Under the pieces are notes generated by a model that was not told where the DNA came from, did not search any database, and saw nothing but the letters and a program-made list of their open reading frames with translations. DNA of 63,957 nt, the filler included, from an uncultured bacterium (lineage in GTDB: Bacteria > CAYJOG01), in assembly GCA_964371695.1 (NCBI GenBank). It is 6 parts of 6 records of this genome, joined end to end, with 100 filler letters (N's around TTAATTAATTAA, not from the genome) between each part and the next. Parts side by side here need not be neighbours in the genome. Positions count along the whole stretch, not along the records: positions 22,137 to 33,060 come from CAYJOG010000056.1; positions 33,161 to 44,057 come from CAYJOG010000057.1; 4 more parts are not named here. One strand, written 5' to 3'. The position numbers and the translations under genes are program-made. Shown piece after piece: positions 28,536 to 41,428 of this stretch. The stretch's first letter is position 1, and each line of letters starts with the position of its first letter.

Positions 28536-30005
28536 ATGGGCGTTTCCCAAAAGGCCGGAATAAGGCAGGTTTCACGGAGCTGTTTTTCACGGCTTGGGCT
28601 GATGTTGCTGCTGGTGGCGGGTGGCCTCTGGTCTCTGCCTGTCGCCGCCAGCGAAACCCTCTGCATTCTTTCCGAGGCCGCCACGTTCTCCGGTTGTCCC
28701 GATGTCCCGGCCACCCTCTCTGTGGCGCCCGACACACCCTTTGTTGTGCGGGTGGTGTATGACCCCAAAGGGGGGAAGAATATGTCGGGGGTCACGGTGG
28801 AGTTTACCTATCCCGCCAATGTGGGCCAGCCCGTTTGTGACAGCGAAGGCTCCAGTCTGCCCGCCTTTAGCAACGTTGACTTAGACGCCGGACAACGCAA
28901 GGTGACCGGCGTCTATTTCAGTTTTTCGTCCACGACACAGGGCGTGGCGAAATTTGCAAAGTGCAGTTTTCCGGGCGGGGCCGACGGTGTGGCCGGCACG
29001 TTCGACTGGCTGGTGGAAGGAGCGGGGGGATCCACCGCAGCCCTGGATGGGAACGGTGACCCGATTGGGACTCTGGTGGCCACAGTCACCAACCTTCAGA
29101 TACAAAAACCAGCCTGCACGCAGCCCGCCGTGGGCACGCTTTTGGCGTCGCCGCTGGACATGGACGGCGTGGCCGCCTGCCAGTTGACCTGGACGCCCCC
29201 GCCGGGCGCGGGACAGGGCGACACCTGCGCCTTGACCGAAAATCCTTTCGCGCTTTCCATGAACAGCGCTGCGGTGGCAGGCAGTCCGTTTTCGGCCTCG
29301 GTCACCACCGTGGTGGTGAGCAGCGGCGTGGTGTTTGATCTCACCCACAGTTTTTCGCTGGTGGCCAGCACGTCCAGTGGCGCGCTTTTGCCGGTGACCG
29401 CCACCTGCACCCCCACGCCGGGTGGCGGCGGTGAAGAATTCAGCCAGTCGGTGGACCTGTGCAACGGTGCGCCGCTGTGCGCCACCCTTTCCATGAGCCT
29501 GGATGGCGCGCTGTCACCCAGCACGCAACTGGCGCTGGGGTTTGACGTGGTGCGGGTCGACAGCGGTGTTTCGTGCCTTAAGCCATCATCGGGCCGTCAG
29601 GCGGCGGCCATGCTCAACTGGCAGGTGCGCCTGGCCGTGAACCTTGACGACACCGCCTGCCCCCCCGCTAGCACAGTGGTGAACGTGGTGGTGAAAAACA
29701 TCCCCGATGGTTCGGGCATCGCCCACGTCAAAAATGTCGGCACGTTCGCCTGCCTTAAAAACAAGACACTGGCCGACCTGAGTGGCGGCGGCGCAGTGGA
29801 ATGTCTCCTCGTCAGTCAGGCGCGGGGGGGCGATGCCAACCGGGATGAAGTGGTGGATCTGAAGGACCTGGGGGTTTTGAAGCAGACGTTCGGAACTTCC
29901 GAGGGCGGTCAGGGATTTTCTCCCCAGTCGGACTTTAACGATGACAAAAAGATTGACATCAAGGACTTGGGGATATTGAAAAAGTATTTCAATATGGCTT
30001 TTTAG
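28536..30005 (+). CDS. Secreted protein with cohesin-like N-domain and C-terminal dockerin
   Basis: Signal peptide ..LPVAA; duplicated GDANRDEVVDLKDL / SDFNDDKKIDIKDL Ca-binding loops; the 28224 extension is MITE-derived. Confidence 0.75.
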   Translation: MGVSQKAGIRQVSRSCFSRLGLMLLLVAGGLWSLPVAASETLCILSEAATFSGCPDVPATLSVAPDTPFVVRVVYDPKGGKNMSGVTVEFTYPANVGQPVCDSEGSSLPAFSNVDLDAGQRKVTGVYFSFSSTTQGVAKFAKCSFPGGADGVAGTFDWLVEGAGGSTAALDGNGDPIGTLVATVTNLQIQKPACTQPAVGTLLASPLDMDGVAACQLTWTPPPGAGQGDTCALTENPFALSMNSAAVAGSPFSASVTTVVVSSGVVFDLTHSFSLVASTSSGALLPVTATCTPTPGGGGEEFSQSVDLCNGAPLCATLSMSLDGALSPSTQLALGFDVVRVDSGVSCLKPSSGRQAAAMLNWQVRLAVNLDDTACPPASTVVNVVVKNIPDGSGIAHVKNVGTFACLKNKTLADLSGGGAVECLLVSQARGGDANRDEVVDLKDLGVLKQTFGTSEGGQGFSPQSDFNDDKKIDIKDLGILKKYFNMAF

Positions 30006-30021
30006 CAGGGTGCTGGCGGTT

Positions 30022-31518
30022 TCACTTCACCTCGGTCAGGTTCACCCGCAGGATGGTGTCGTTTTTGGGGCGGGGGCTGCCGGTGGCCACGTCAAAGAGT
30101 GGATCCGCCCACACCACTTCTGCCGCCAGACGCAGGCTACGCCCCACCCGGCGGCCCAAGCCCGCGCTCAGCTCCTGCAAAAATGCGTCTTCCAGACTGC
30201 GGTTGTAGGTGTAGGACCAAGCCGCCTGCACGGTGTTTTTCTTTCCCCAGGGGGTGCGGTAATCCAGACGGGCGTTGAGGGTGTCGTCGCCATTTTTCAG
30301 CCCCCAGCTTGAGATGCCCTGGGCGCTCAGGCCCCGGCCGGGGCGGCCCAGCAACTGGCGTTGCGCCCCCAGCGAGGCGGCGAGCGGGTCGGGGTTGTTG
30401 CTGCCGCCCTGCTGGTCGCTGTGGGTGAGGGTGCCATAAAAAATCCAGTGGGGGCTGTGCAGCCGCGTGATGTTCAGCCCTGCCACCAGGGCAGCGCCTT
30501 CGTTTTCGCTCTGGTTATAACGCTCCAGCACCAGGGCGCTGCCCAGGGTTTTTTCGCCAAAGGTGCGGCCCACGGCCACCAGGGCATAGAGAAAATCATC
30601 GGGGTTGTCGCCGCCGCTGTGGGCTTCACCCGCCACCTGCTTCAAAAAAAAGTCTTGGCGCTTGGGCGCCGTGGTGGCCAAAGGTTTTTTGAACGGATCG
30701 GCGAAAGGGTCTTCGCCTTCGGTTTCATCAGCGGCTTCTTTGGATGGGGTGTTGCGAAATTCCTGAGAGCCGGTGAAAAGCCCGCCGGGTGGTTGTTCCT
30801 CACGGCCGGGGGCCAGGGACAACATTTTTTTCGGGCTTGGTGTGTTGGGTGGGACATCTGGCCGGACGATGTTTTCAGTTTCTTCTTCTACCACCACTGG
30901 CCGGTTGATTTTGTCCAGCAAAGCCAAGGCCCGCCGGGCCTGATCGGGCTTCTCCAGCATGGCGTAGACATCGGCCAGCAGCGCCAGGGCGGCGGGAATG
31001 GTCTTGCCTGTTTCGTCGGCCCGGATGGCAGTCTTCAGCCACAGGGCGCTGTCTTTCCAGCGGCCTGCGTCAAATTCGTGTGTGGCTTTTTCCAGCGCCT
31101 GGGGAGCCGAAATGTTTTGCCGAAGTTGGGTTTCATCCCTGGCCGGTGCGGCGCGGGCCACAAGCGGCGCGGGGGTGTCCAGGCCCTCTGGCGCGCCGGG
31201 GCTGCCGGGGGGCTGAAGGGGCAGGGGGCCGTCCACCGCCCACTGTCCGGGGCCAATGACGCCCTTGAAGGTTTCTTCACTCACGGCCCCCAGGCTGGCG
31301 GCCTCGTGTACCTCGGTGAGGGTGATCCAGCCCAGTGTGCGGCTGCCGTCGTGCACCACCAGTTTTTCGCCGGTGCCCAGCCCCCGGTTTTTTCCGGCGT
31401 TGAGCAGCACCTGACCCGATGGGCTGCGGTCGAGGATTTTCACCGTGAGGGCCTGGGCCATGGGCGTAAAACCAAGGGCCAGCAGGCCCGTGATGGTGGT
31501 GATAAACCGGTGCTTCAT
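30022..31518 (-). CDS. Secreted/outer-membrane hypothetical protein (TPR + probable beta-barrel)
   Basis: Signal peptide AQA; LNAGKNRGL.. beta domain; TPR pair; alternating-strand C-terminus. Confidence 0.65.
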   Translation of the reverse strand: MKHRFITTITGLLALGFTPMAQALTVKILDRSPSGQVLLNAGKNRGLGTGEKLVVHDGSRTLGWITLTEVHEAASLGAVSEETFKGVIGPGQWAVDGPLPLQPPGSPGAPEGLDTPAPLVARAAPARDETQLRQNISAPQALEKATHEFDAGRWKDSALWLKTAIRADETGKTIPAALALLADVYAMLEKPDQARRALALLDKINRPVVVEEETENIVRPDVPPNTPSPKKMLSLAPGREEQPPGGLFTGSQEFRNTPSKEAADETEGEDPFADPFKKPLATTAPKRQDFFLKQVAGEAHSGGDNPDDFLYALVAVGRTFGEKTLGSALVLERYNQSENEGAALVAGLNITRLHSPHWIFYGTLTHSDQQGGSNNPDPLAASLGAQRQLLGRPGRGLSAQGISSWGLKNGDDTLNARLDYRTPWGKKNTVQAAWSYTYNRSLEDAFLQELSAGLGRRVGRSLRLAAEVVWADPLFDVATGSPRPKNDTILRVNLTEVK

Positions 31519-32909
31519 GGTCGGCTCACCGCCGTTGCGGTTTGGGCGCTTTGCCCAAGGCCGGAAATCACCCGCAGGCCCAGTTCCGCCGTGATGCCGT
31601 CCGTGGCGCTTTTGAGGGGTCTGAACTGGGACACCACTTCCAGGCCAATCACCTTGCTCCCCAGCTTCACGCAGAACTTCTGCCCCAGGCTGTCCACGGC
31701 GGTTTCCGCCAGAAAATTCGCCGAAGCGCAGTCCGCTGCGCCAGACAGGGGGGCGATGCCCACGTACAGCGGGCTTAAGCCATGCACGCTCAGCAGCGTG
31801 CGGTTGCCGGCCTCACTCAGGGCCACGGCAAAATTGTCTGGCAGGTCTGTCAGGTCAAAGCCCAGCGCCAGAAACTGCTCTGGCGCAAGAGGCGCGCCGG
31901 GGCGGATGAAAAAGTGCGCGCCGTCGGGGTCCAGTTCCCGCACCGCCACCGCCACAAAAGTTTGCAGCGGTGATGTGATGACGGCGCTTTTGGAGGACAC
32001 GGCGATGACGTAATAACCGGGGTCAGCATAGAAATGGAACAGCCGTTGGCCGGAGGTCGCCTGCTGGGCGCTGCCGTCGCCCCAGTCCACGTTCAGCAGT
32101 TCGCCCCCCGCCGCGCTGCCGCCAAACGCCAGCAGGTCCACCGCCTGACCCAGACTGAGCAGCGTGCGGAACACCCCCACGCCCGGCGGCAGGGGTTTGC
32201 TGCCTGCATTCACCGAGGCGCTCACCAGCACGGTGCTGCCTGCGGTGATGGTGTACCCCCCCGCCTGGGCCGGGCAGGCCAGAAAACCCGTCTGGGCCAG
32301 TGTGAGGCCGCAGGCCAGGCCGCCGGTGCTGATGGTGAGAATCCCCGCTGTGGCCGTGGGGTTTTCCAGGCTGATGAGTTCGCCCTGTTCAAAGCTCAGT
32401 GTGGCGGGTGTGACCTGAGCGTTTTTCAGGCCAAAACCCAGCTTCACGGGCACGTCCACGGTTTTGCCCAAGTTCACGGCGAAATAAACGGTGCGCTGGG
32501 CGTAAACCTCGGTGAGGCCGGGCGGGGTGCTGTCGGGGTTGAGGCGGCCCGCCTGCACCTCGGCCATCCACACGCCGGGCCGGATGTCCAGCACCTCCAC
32601 CACCTGGGCCTCTGGCTTGGCGGGCCAGGCTTTTTCCAGCACGGGTGTCTCTGGGCTGCCCAGCACCGGCCCCCAGTTTTCCACCAGTGTGAGACGCACG
32701 AGAAAACCCGTGGTCTGCGGCGGAACCTTGGTCGCCAGCCGCGCCGCTGGAACCCCTGGCAGTTGCAGTGTGAGCCGCCCGCTGGGGCTGGCTGTGTTTT
32801 TGTCGCCGGGGTTGAACACGACGCCCGCCCCGCTGCCGCCGCCCCCGCAGCCAATCAGTGTGAGGCACACAAACCAGAGCAGGGCGACAGTTTTCTGAAG
32901 GCGTTTCAT
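31515..32909 (-). CDS. Lipoprotein with PKD domain
   Basis: Lipobox LIGC-GGGG; VDWGDGS...HFYADPGYYVI. Confidence 0.75.
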   Translation of the reverse strand: MKRLQKTVALLWFVCLTLIGCGGGGSGAGVVFNPGDKNTASPSGRLTLQLPGVPAARLATKVPPQTTGFLVRLTLVENWGPVLGSPETPVLEKAWPAKPEAQVVEVLDIRPGVWMAEVQAGRLNPDSTPPGLTEVYAQRTVYFAVNLGKTVDVPVKLGFGLKNAQVTPATLSFEQGELISLENPTATAGILTISTGGLACGLTLAQTGFLACPAQAGGYTITAGSTVLVSASVNAGSKPLPPGVGVFRTLLSLGQAVDLLAFGGSAAGGELLNVDWGDGSAQQATSGQRLFHFYADPGYYVIAVSSKSAVITSPLQTFVAVAVRELDPDGAHFFIRPGAPLAPEQFLALGFDLTDLPDNFAVALSEAGNRTLLSVHGLSPLYVGIAPLSGAADCASANFLAETAVDSLGQKFCVKLGSKVIGLEVVSQFRPLKSATDGITAELGLRVISGLGQSAQTATAVSRP

Positions 32910-33060
32910 GGTTTCAGTCGTGATAACGATTTTTTATTGTATCCCCGCCCCATGAAGCGCAAAAACCAGACTGTTACACTTCCTCGCATGATTTTCAGGC
33001 CCCACGCCACCAGAGATTTACGGCTTTCTTGTTGTTCAGGCGGGGACGCTGTCCCCGCAC

Positions 33061-33160
33061 NNNNNNNNNNNNNNNNNNNNNNNNNNNNNNNNNNNNNNNN
33101 NNNNTTAATTAATTAANNNNNNNNNNNNNNNNNNNNNNNNNNNNNNNNNNNNNNNNNNNN
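33061..33160. other. Artificial contig linker
   Basis: N44-TTAATTAATTAA-N44. Confidence 0.99.
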
Positions 33161-33187
33161 AGAACTGGTTTTTGTTTTTTGTCCTTA

Positions 33188-33214
33188 CTGGATTCCCGCT
33201 TTCGCGGGAATGAC
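33188..33214 (-). repeat. dRS3-like palindromic repeat GTCATTCCCGCGAAAGCGGGAATCCAG
   Basis: ATTCCC-N8-GGGAAT core; one of six copies in window. Confidence 0.85.
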
Positions 33215-33306
33215 GCCATCCCACCCCCGGTCTCCAGGCGGTGTGCGCTCCACCAATTCCGAAAATGCTCTAAAAGGCGGGCGGGACGCCCGCCCCGCTT
33301 CATTAG

Positions 33307-33454
33307 CAGGGTGTTGATAAACACCCTGAAAAATCCATGGATGGATTTTACCGCTTGCAGGGGTCAAAAAACCCCTGCAAAAGCGCCGTTTTGCGATGGC
33401 TTGCCTGAGCAAAACGGGTTGATAAAGTCCAGGACGGACTTTATCAATACCCTG
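33307..33454 (+). mobile_element. MITE family A copy 2
   Basis: TIR CAGGGTGTTGATAAA / TTTATCAATACCCTG; homologous to 9187-9335. Confidence 0.8.
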
Positions 33455-33470
33455 TCAGGAAAGAAAGGTT

Positions 33471-34754
33471 TCACGGCGTGGTGTAAACCGCCGCGAAGCC
33501 CCCCATGGGGGTGCGCATGTTGGTGGTCTGCCCCTGATAAAGCCGCGCCGCCACCAGCAGGGTTTCGCCCGCATAGGCATAACAGCGGAAGTCCATTTTC
33601 ATGGGGCTGCCCGCTGCGGTGTGGCGCTCGCCGGGCAGCGCCAGACGCTGGGCCACATAGCCCCCCGCCAGCAGTTCCTCAAACACACGCCGCGTGAGTT
33701 TGTCTCCGCGATAAGCCGCCCGGCTGCCATAACCGGCGTTGGGTTTGAAGAAAAACTCCCGCCGGTGCCGCCAGAAAAAATCGGCCTCATCCACCCTCAC
33801 CACCAGCGTTTGCGGTGTGGCGCGGGACAGCAGCGCGGCGTCTTCGGGCCGCGCCCCCATCGCCAGCAGGGCGGCTTCATCACACAGCACCGTCAGGTTG
33901 CGTTTGTCGGCGAGCAGGGCGTGGGCGCGGGGGTGGGGCGTGAGCACCACGGCGTCATTTTCACAGGCGGCCTTCAGCGCCCCGTGACGGGGTTCCTCCA
34001 GATAAAAATCGGTGAGGCGGTTGTATACCAGGTCAATGGCCGTGTCCCCCGCCCACAGGCGGCCCTGCTCAAACCGCAGGCTGGCGGCGTCGGCCACCAC
34101 GGTGTTGAGGCCGTGCCGCTGCAACAACCCCTGAGCGGCGAGAAACTCAGGATAAAGAAACTGCCCCGCCGGGTTGTCGTCCACCACCGCCATCACACCC
34201 AGCTCGCCGGTGCGCCCCGCCAGCGACCATTCCAGGCGGAACATTTCCGCGAAGATTTCTTCAATCGCGGGCACACCCCGGGGGCAGGGCAAATAGGGGC
34301 TGACCTCTTCGCAGCAACTGCCCTGCAACTGCAACAGGTGCAGGTTCAAAAATCCGCCCCCCGCGTTGGTGTTGATTTCGATGAGCTGGGGCCCCTGGGG
34401 GGTGAGGTGAAAATCGAAGCCAAAAAACACCCCCTTGTTGCCGGGCTGGAGCCGGGCGATGGCGGGGGCGTGGGCCAGGGCCTGCGCCTGCCACGGGGCC
34501 AGGGCCGACACCCGCTCGGCGGCCCGCACCACCTGGGCCATGGCCTCGGCTGCGGTTTTGGACAGGAAAACGGGCGTGGGTGAAAACAGGTGGGGGTGTT
34601 CACGGAACAGTGTGCTGGCCAGACCCTCGGCCCCGGCCTGGGCCTGGATGTTTTCCCGCAGACGGTCCAGGTCCACCGCCATGCAGCGGCAGGATTCGTT
34701 CAGCGTCTGCGCCAGACCGGCGGACAGATCAGGTGTGGTGGGTTGGGCCGCCAT
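33471..34754 (-). CDS. ATP-grasp-like ligase (glutathione-synthetase/circularly permuted type)
   Basis: FGFDFH, LIEINTN, DLVYNR, FFKPNAGYGSR, DFRCYAY. Confidence 0.7.
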   Translation of the reverse strand: MAAQPTTPDLSAGLAQTLNESCRCMAVDLDRLRENIQAQAGAEGLASTLFREHPHLFSPTPVFLSKTAAEAMAQVVRAAERVSALAPWQAQALAHAPAIARLQPGNKGVFFGFDFHLTPQGPQLIEINTNAGGGFLNLHLLQLQGSCCEEVSPYLPCPRGVPAIEEIFAEMFRLEWSLAGRTGELGVMAVVDDNPAGQFLYPEFLAAQGLLQRHGLNTVVADAASLRFEQGRLWAGDTAIDLVYNRLTDFYLEEPRHGALKAACENDAVVLTPHPRAHALLADKRNLTVLCDEAALLAMGARPEDAALLSRATPQTLVVRVDEADFFWRHRREFFFKPNAGYGSRAAYRGDKLTRRVFEELLAGGYVAQRLALPGERHTAAGSPMKMDFRCYAYAGETLLVAARLYQGQTTNMRTPMGGFAAVYTTP

Positions 34755-34794
34755 AAAAACACTATCGGTGATGAAACACGCGGCGACAACCGGG

Positions 34795-35070
34795 CTAGAT
34801 CAAATTCACATTTGACGTAGACAAAGGGTGGGGCCAGTCCTTGCCCTCTCCCTCAGGGAGAGGGCAGACCGTGACCGAACGCAAGTGCGGTCACGGGCGG
34901 GTGAGGGGGAAAATAAAACACTCGACAAAACAAGAGATTTTGACAAGCCAGCCGTTCCCCCTCACCCGCCTCCGGTTTCGCTTCGCTCAACCTTCGGCTG
35001 CCCTCTCCCTCAGGGAGAGGGCAAGAAAAAAGCCCTCATTTTGTCTACATCTACTCTGAAAATGCTCTAG
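34795..35070. mobile_element. CTAG-bounded MITE enclosing a pair of CCCTCTCCC...GGGAGAGGG REP-like hairpins
   Basis: Imperfect TIR CTAGA..TTCA...GTAGACAAA; identical hairpins at 34843-34865 and 35000-35022. Confidence 0.65.
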
Positions 35071-35092
35071 GCAGGCAGGGTAAAAACCCCTG

Positions 35093-36349
35093 CTACTGCA
35101 ACGGCGGCAACGCAGGGGGCGCGGGGGCCGAGGGGCTGGCGGCGGTTGTCGCGGCGGCGGCCTTGGGGCGGGGGCGGTCCTTGGCCCCTTTTTTGCGCAG
35201 GAAGAAAGCGATTTTGTCGCGGTTGAGCGAAATGGCGCGCATGAGGGGCGTGAAGCCGTCGCCGTCTTCTTCTTCCAGCTTCACGCCTTTCTGCACCAGT
35301 TTTTCCACCAGTTCCAGGTTGCCGTTTTCCACCGCCAGAGACAACGTGCTGCCCATGGGCAACACCTTCACGTTCACGTCTGCGCCGTTGTCAATGAGCA
35401 GGGTGGCGATTTCTTCCTGGTCCAGGTTGTCTTCGGCAAACAGCAGCGACACAAACAGCGGCGTGCGGCCAGCGGCGTCTTTGTCGTTCAGGTTGCGGCC
35501 CTCTTTGATGAGGGTCTTCACCACGTCCACCTTTGCTTTTTTGATGGCTTCAATAAAAAGCTGAAAGTCGGTTTTGGGTTTTTCTTTTGTCGCCGTGGGG
35601 GGGGGCGGCGGCGGGGCGTTGGCGATGCTGGCTGCGGCAGAGGGGGGCGGTGGCGGCGCGCCGTTGCCGGGCGGCGGGGGTGGTTGGCTGGCCACGGGCG
35701 CGGGTGCGCTGGGGGAGGCTGCCTTGGCCGCCGGGGCCGGTTTGGGCGCGGGTGGTGGCGGCATGGGGGCTGAGGCGGAGGCCGAAGCCGAAGGAGTCAG
35801 TGCCACCGAGCCGCTTGCGCCGGGCATGCCGGGCACACCGGCGTTGCCCAGGGCCTCTTTGGCGGCGTCCACTCCCTGCTGGGTTTTGTCCTGAAGAAAA
35901 TTTCGCAGCAGGCGTTTGCCCGTGGGCAAGCCCACCAGAATCAGCAGCAGCACCCCCACCACAGCCAATTGGCCCAGATTGGCGGGTTTTTTGCCGCCTT
36001 CCTGGCCGGGGGCGGGGGCCGCTTTGGGGCCTTTTTTGCCAAAGGGCAGCGACAGGCCAAAGGGGCCTTTGGGTTTTTCGGCGTCAGCCGCCGGTGCGGA
36101 TGCCGGAGCCGGGGCTTTCGGCGGCGGCGCTTTGGCGGATTTGGGTTTGGGTTTCAGAAACGAAAAGAAGGGCTTTTTTTCGCCGGGTGCAGACGCAGGT
36201 TTTTCCTGGGCGGGGGCCTTGGCCGGTGCGCCTGCTTCCTTCTTTTTGAGCAACGAAAAACCACCCCCCTTGGCCTTGGGGGCTTTTTCAGGTTTGGGGG
36301 CCTTGGGGGCCGGGGCCACCCCTTCCTTTTTCTTTCCTTTGCCAAGCAC
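35093..36349 (-). CDS. Ankyrin-repeat membrane protein with Pro/Ala/Lys-rich linkers
   Basis: GRTPL, GADVN, GFTPLM ankyrin motifs; single TM; low complexity. Confidence 0.75.
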   Translation of the reverse strand: MLGKGKKKEGVAPAPKAPKPEKAPKAKGGGFSLLKKKEAGAPAKAPAQEKPASAPGEKKPFFSFLKPKPKSAKAPPPKAPAPASAPAADAEKPKGPFGLSLPFGKKGPKAAPAPGQEGGKKPANLGQLAVVGVLLLILVGLPTGKRLLRNFLQDKTQQGVDAAKEALGNAGVPGMPGASGSVALTPSASASASAPMPPPPAPKPAPAAKAASPSAPAPVASQPPPPPGNGAPPPPPSAAASIANAPPPPPPTATKEKPKTDFQLFIEAIKKAKVDVVKTLIKEGRNLNDKDAAGRTPLFVSLLFAEDNLDQEEIATLLIDNGADVNVKVLPMGSTLSLAVENGNLELVEKLVQKGVKLEEEDGDGFTPLMRAISLNRDKIAFFLRKKGAKDRPRPKAAAATTAASPSAPAPPALPPLQ

Positions 36350-36487
36350 GGATGGTCAGTTTAGCAAAGCCTGAAGCTGGCGGCGAAGCATGGAGAATGT
36401 TCAGACAAACAATGATTCATGTTTCCTTTCGGTGTCCGATCAAAATGGGGCTTTCCTGCCATGGCCAATTGAACATAATGTTTCCCC

Positions 36488-39199
<2,712 letters not shown>

Positions 39200-39271
39200 G
39201 GAGCCATCCGTTATTAAATGGGTGGCGCGACGGGGCTTGGCAAACACCCCAAAAAGGGCTGACAAGGTGGC

Positions 39272-39677
39272 GTCATTCCCGCGAAAGCGGGAATCCAGTT
39301 GAGCCAAAAGCACCGCACCTTCTTTTTTATTCTTTGGTGGCGCAGGCATCTTGCCTGCGTTCAAATAAAAGGCAGGCGGGACGCCTTCCCAAACACTTGT
39401 TTTGAACCGGATGAATCAGTAGGGCCAAAAGAAAAAGGGCCGAATGTGTCCTCTCCCCAGAGGCTTGTCATTACCTACAAATATGGCCACCCCCGGCGTC
39501 ATTCCCGCGAAAGCGGGAATCCAGTTGAAGAAAAACCACCACACCTTCTTTTTTACTTTTTGGTGGCGCAGGCAAGATGCCTGCGTTCATACATAAGGCA
39601 GGCGGGACGCCTGCCCCACTCAAAAAAGAGGTTTGTTGTTTATATTTCTACTGGATTCTCGCTTTCGCGGGATTGAC
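39272..39677. repeat. Mosaic repeat cluster: dRS3-like copies (39272, 39498, 39651) interleaved with GGCGCAGGCA..TGCCTGCG and GGCGGGACGCC hairpins
   Basis: Two ~120-bp duplicated units visible; lies between convergent genes. Confidence 0.8.
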
Positions 39678-39733
39678 GCCAACGGGTGGGCCATGACAAG
39701 CCAGCACGAGGGCGGGCAAACGGCGATTTTTCT

Positions 39734-41158
39734 TTACCCCCTCCGCATCACCACCAGTTTTTCGTGTGTCATGTCCCGCACCGCCGGGCCAATGCCGCCC
39801 ACACCCAGACCCGACGGGCCTTTGCCGCCAAAGGGCATCCAGTCCACGCGGAAGGTGGTGCTTTGATTCACCATCACCGCCGTGGCGCTCAAGCGCTCGG
39901 CGGCCAGCAGGGCGGCGTTCATGTTCTGCGTGAACACAGCCGCCTGAAAACACCAATCCACGCTGTTGGCCACAGCGATGCCTTCTTCCATGCTTTCCAC
40001 CGCCTGCACACACACCACGGGGCCGAACACCTCCTGCGTCATCACACGGCTTTGGGGAGGCGGATTGAACAGCACCGTGGGGGCATAACACTGGCCCGGC
40101 CGGGGCTGGCCACCTGTTAGCAGTTCCGCCCCACCCGCGACAGCCTCGGTGACCCACTCGTGTACCCGCGTCACTTCACTCGCACGAATCAGCGGCCCCA
40201 CCTGTGTGGCGTCCTGCCGGGGGTCGCCCACCACCAGCGCGGCGGCCCCGGCGGCCAAATCCTGCACCAGTTGCCGCGCCACCGCCCGGTGGGCGAACAC
40301 CCGCTGCACACTCACACACACCTGACCCGCGTGATAAAAACCACCCTTCAGCAGCAGCGGCAGGGCCAGGGCCAGATCGGCGTCGTCATTCACCACCACC
40401 GGCGCCGCACCGCCGTGCTCCAACACGCACCGCACACCGGGGGCCAGCCCCGCCCGCAGCCGCCAGCCCACGTGCGCCGCGCCAATGAAACTCAGATAGG
40501 CGATGCGCCCGCTGGCCGCCAGGGCCGCCGCCACGGTGTTGTCACAGGGCACGGCCTGCACGTGGCCCGGCTCAAAACCCGCCTCATGAGCCAGCGCCAC
40601 AAAACGCAATGCACTCAGCGGCGTGGCGGGCGAGGGTTTGAGCAGCACCGGGCAGCCCGCCGCCAGGGCCGGGCCAGCCTGATGCACCAGCAGATTGAAG
40701 GGATGGTTGAAGGCGCTGAAAGCCGCCACCACACCCACCGGCTCCCGTTGGGTAAACGCCACATGTCCCAGGGCCGCCGCGCTGCCCTCCATGGGAATCT
40801 GCTGACCACACAGTCGCGTGGCTTCCTCGGCGCACAGCTTCAGGCCGCCTGCGGCGCGGGTCATTTCGATACGCGCATCGGTGAGGGGCTTGCCTCCTTC
40901 GCGGGCGATCAAGAGCGCCAGTTCCTCGTGGTGTTCCGCCGTCAGACGGGCGAATTTCTCCAGCCGGGCAGCCCGCTCAAAAGCAGGCAGGGCCGGGGCG
41001 CGCAGGGTGGCGTGGGCGAGGTCCAGAGCGGCCTGCATGTCGCTCTCGTTCAGCGTGGCCACCGTCGCCAGGGGCTGGCCGGTGAACACCTCCTGCACAA
41101 CCAGGGGCGCTCCCCCGGCACGGGGCGGACCAGGAGGTTGTTGAAGGGAGGTTGTCAT
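39734..41158 (-). CDS. Aldehyde dehydrogenase family protein
   Basis: AFNHP, LKPS, LEHGG, AGQVCVS, EVFGP, PFGG.K.SG.G. Confidence 0.93.
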   Translation of the reverse strand: MTTSLQQPPGPPRAGGAPLVVQEVFTGQPLATVATLNESDMQAALDLAHATLRAPALPAFERAARLEKFARLTAEHHEELALLIAREGGKPLTDARIEMTRAAGGLKLCAEEATRLCGQQIPMEGSAAALGHVAFTQREPVGVVAAFSAFNHPFNLLVHQAGPALAAGCPVLLKPSPATPLSALRFVALAHEAGFEPGHVQAVPCDNTVAAALAASGRIAYLSFIGAAHVGWRLRAGLAPGVRCVLEHGGAAPVVVNDDADLALALPLLLKGGFYHAGQVCVSVQRVFAHRAVARQLVQDLAAGAAALVVGDPRQDATQVGPLIRASEVTRVHEWVTEAVAGGAELLTGGQPRPGQCYAPTVLFNPPPQSRVMTQEVFGPVVCVQAVESMEEGIAVANSVDWCFQAAVFTQNMNAALLAAERLSATAVMVNQSTTFRVDWMPFGGKGPSGLGVGGIGPAVRDMTHEKLVVMRRG

Positions 41159-41271
41159 GGGGAGGGTGATTTTATCAGAGCCTGTTTTGAATCAGCGGGC
41201 TTAAAATGCCCGACATGTCCATTGCTGTTAGGCTTATGAAGAAAGCAGAGGAATCAGAGGGGTTTTTTAAC

Positions 41272-41410
41272 GTAGCCCCGGCGTCTCGCCGGGAGCGACG
41301 GCCGCGCCACAGGCGCGCACCTTTTTGTATTTTTTCATTATTCCCGTGAAAAACATTTGTTTTGTGCCGCCTGCGGCGGTTTTTATTCTCCCGGCGAGAC
41401 GCCGGGGCTA
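41272..41410. repeat. Inverted pair of GTAG-type REP-like hairpins
   Basis: GTAGCCCCGGCGTCTCGCCGG ... CCGGCGAGACGCCGGGGCTAC. Confidence 0.7.
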
Positions 41411-41428
41411 CCGAAAAACCTGACAGCA

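Noticed and set aside
39299-39676. ORFs containing RHSRESGNP / VIPAKAGIQ / DSRFRGND (also 33179, 50378)
   Set aside because: Translations of the dRS3-like repeat, not genes
39272-39677. Repeated palindromes resembling a CRISPR array
   Set aside because: Irregular spacing, mixed orientation, duplicated intervening sequence, no cas genes
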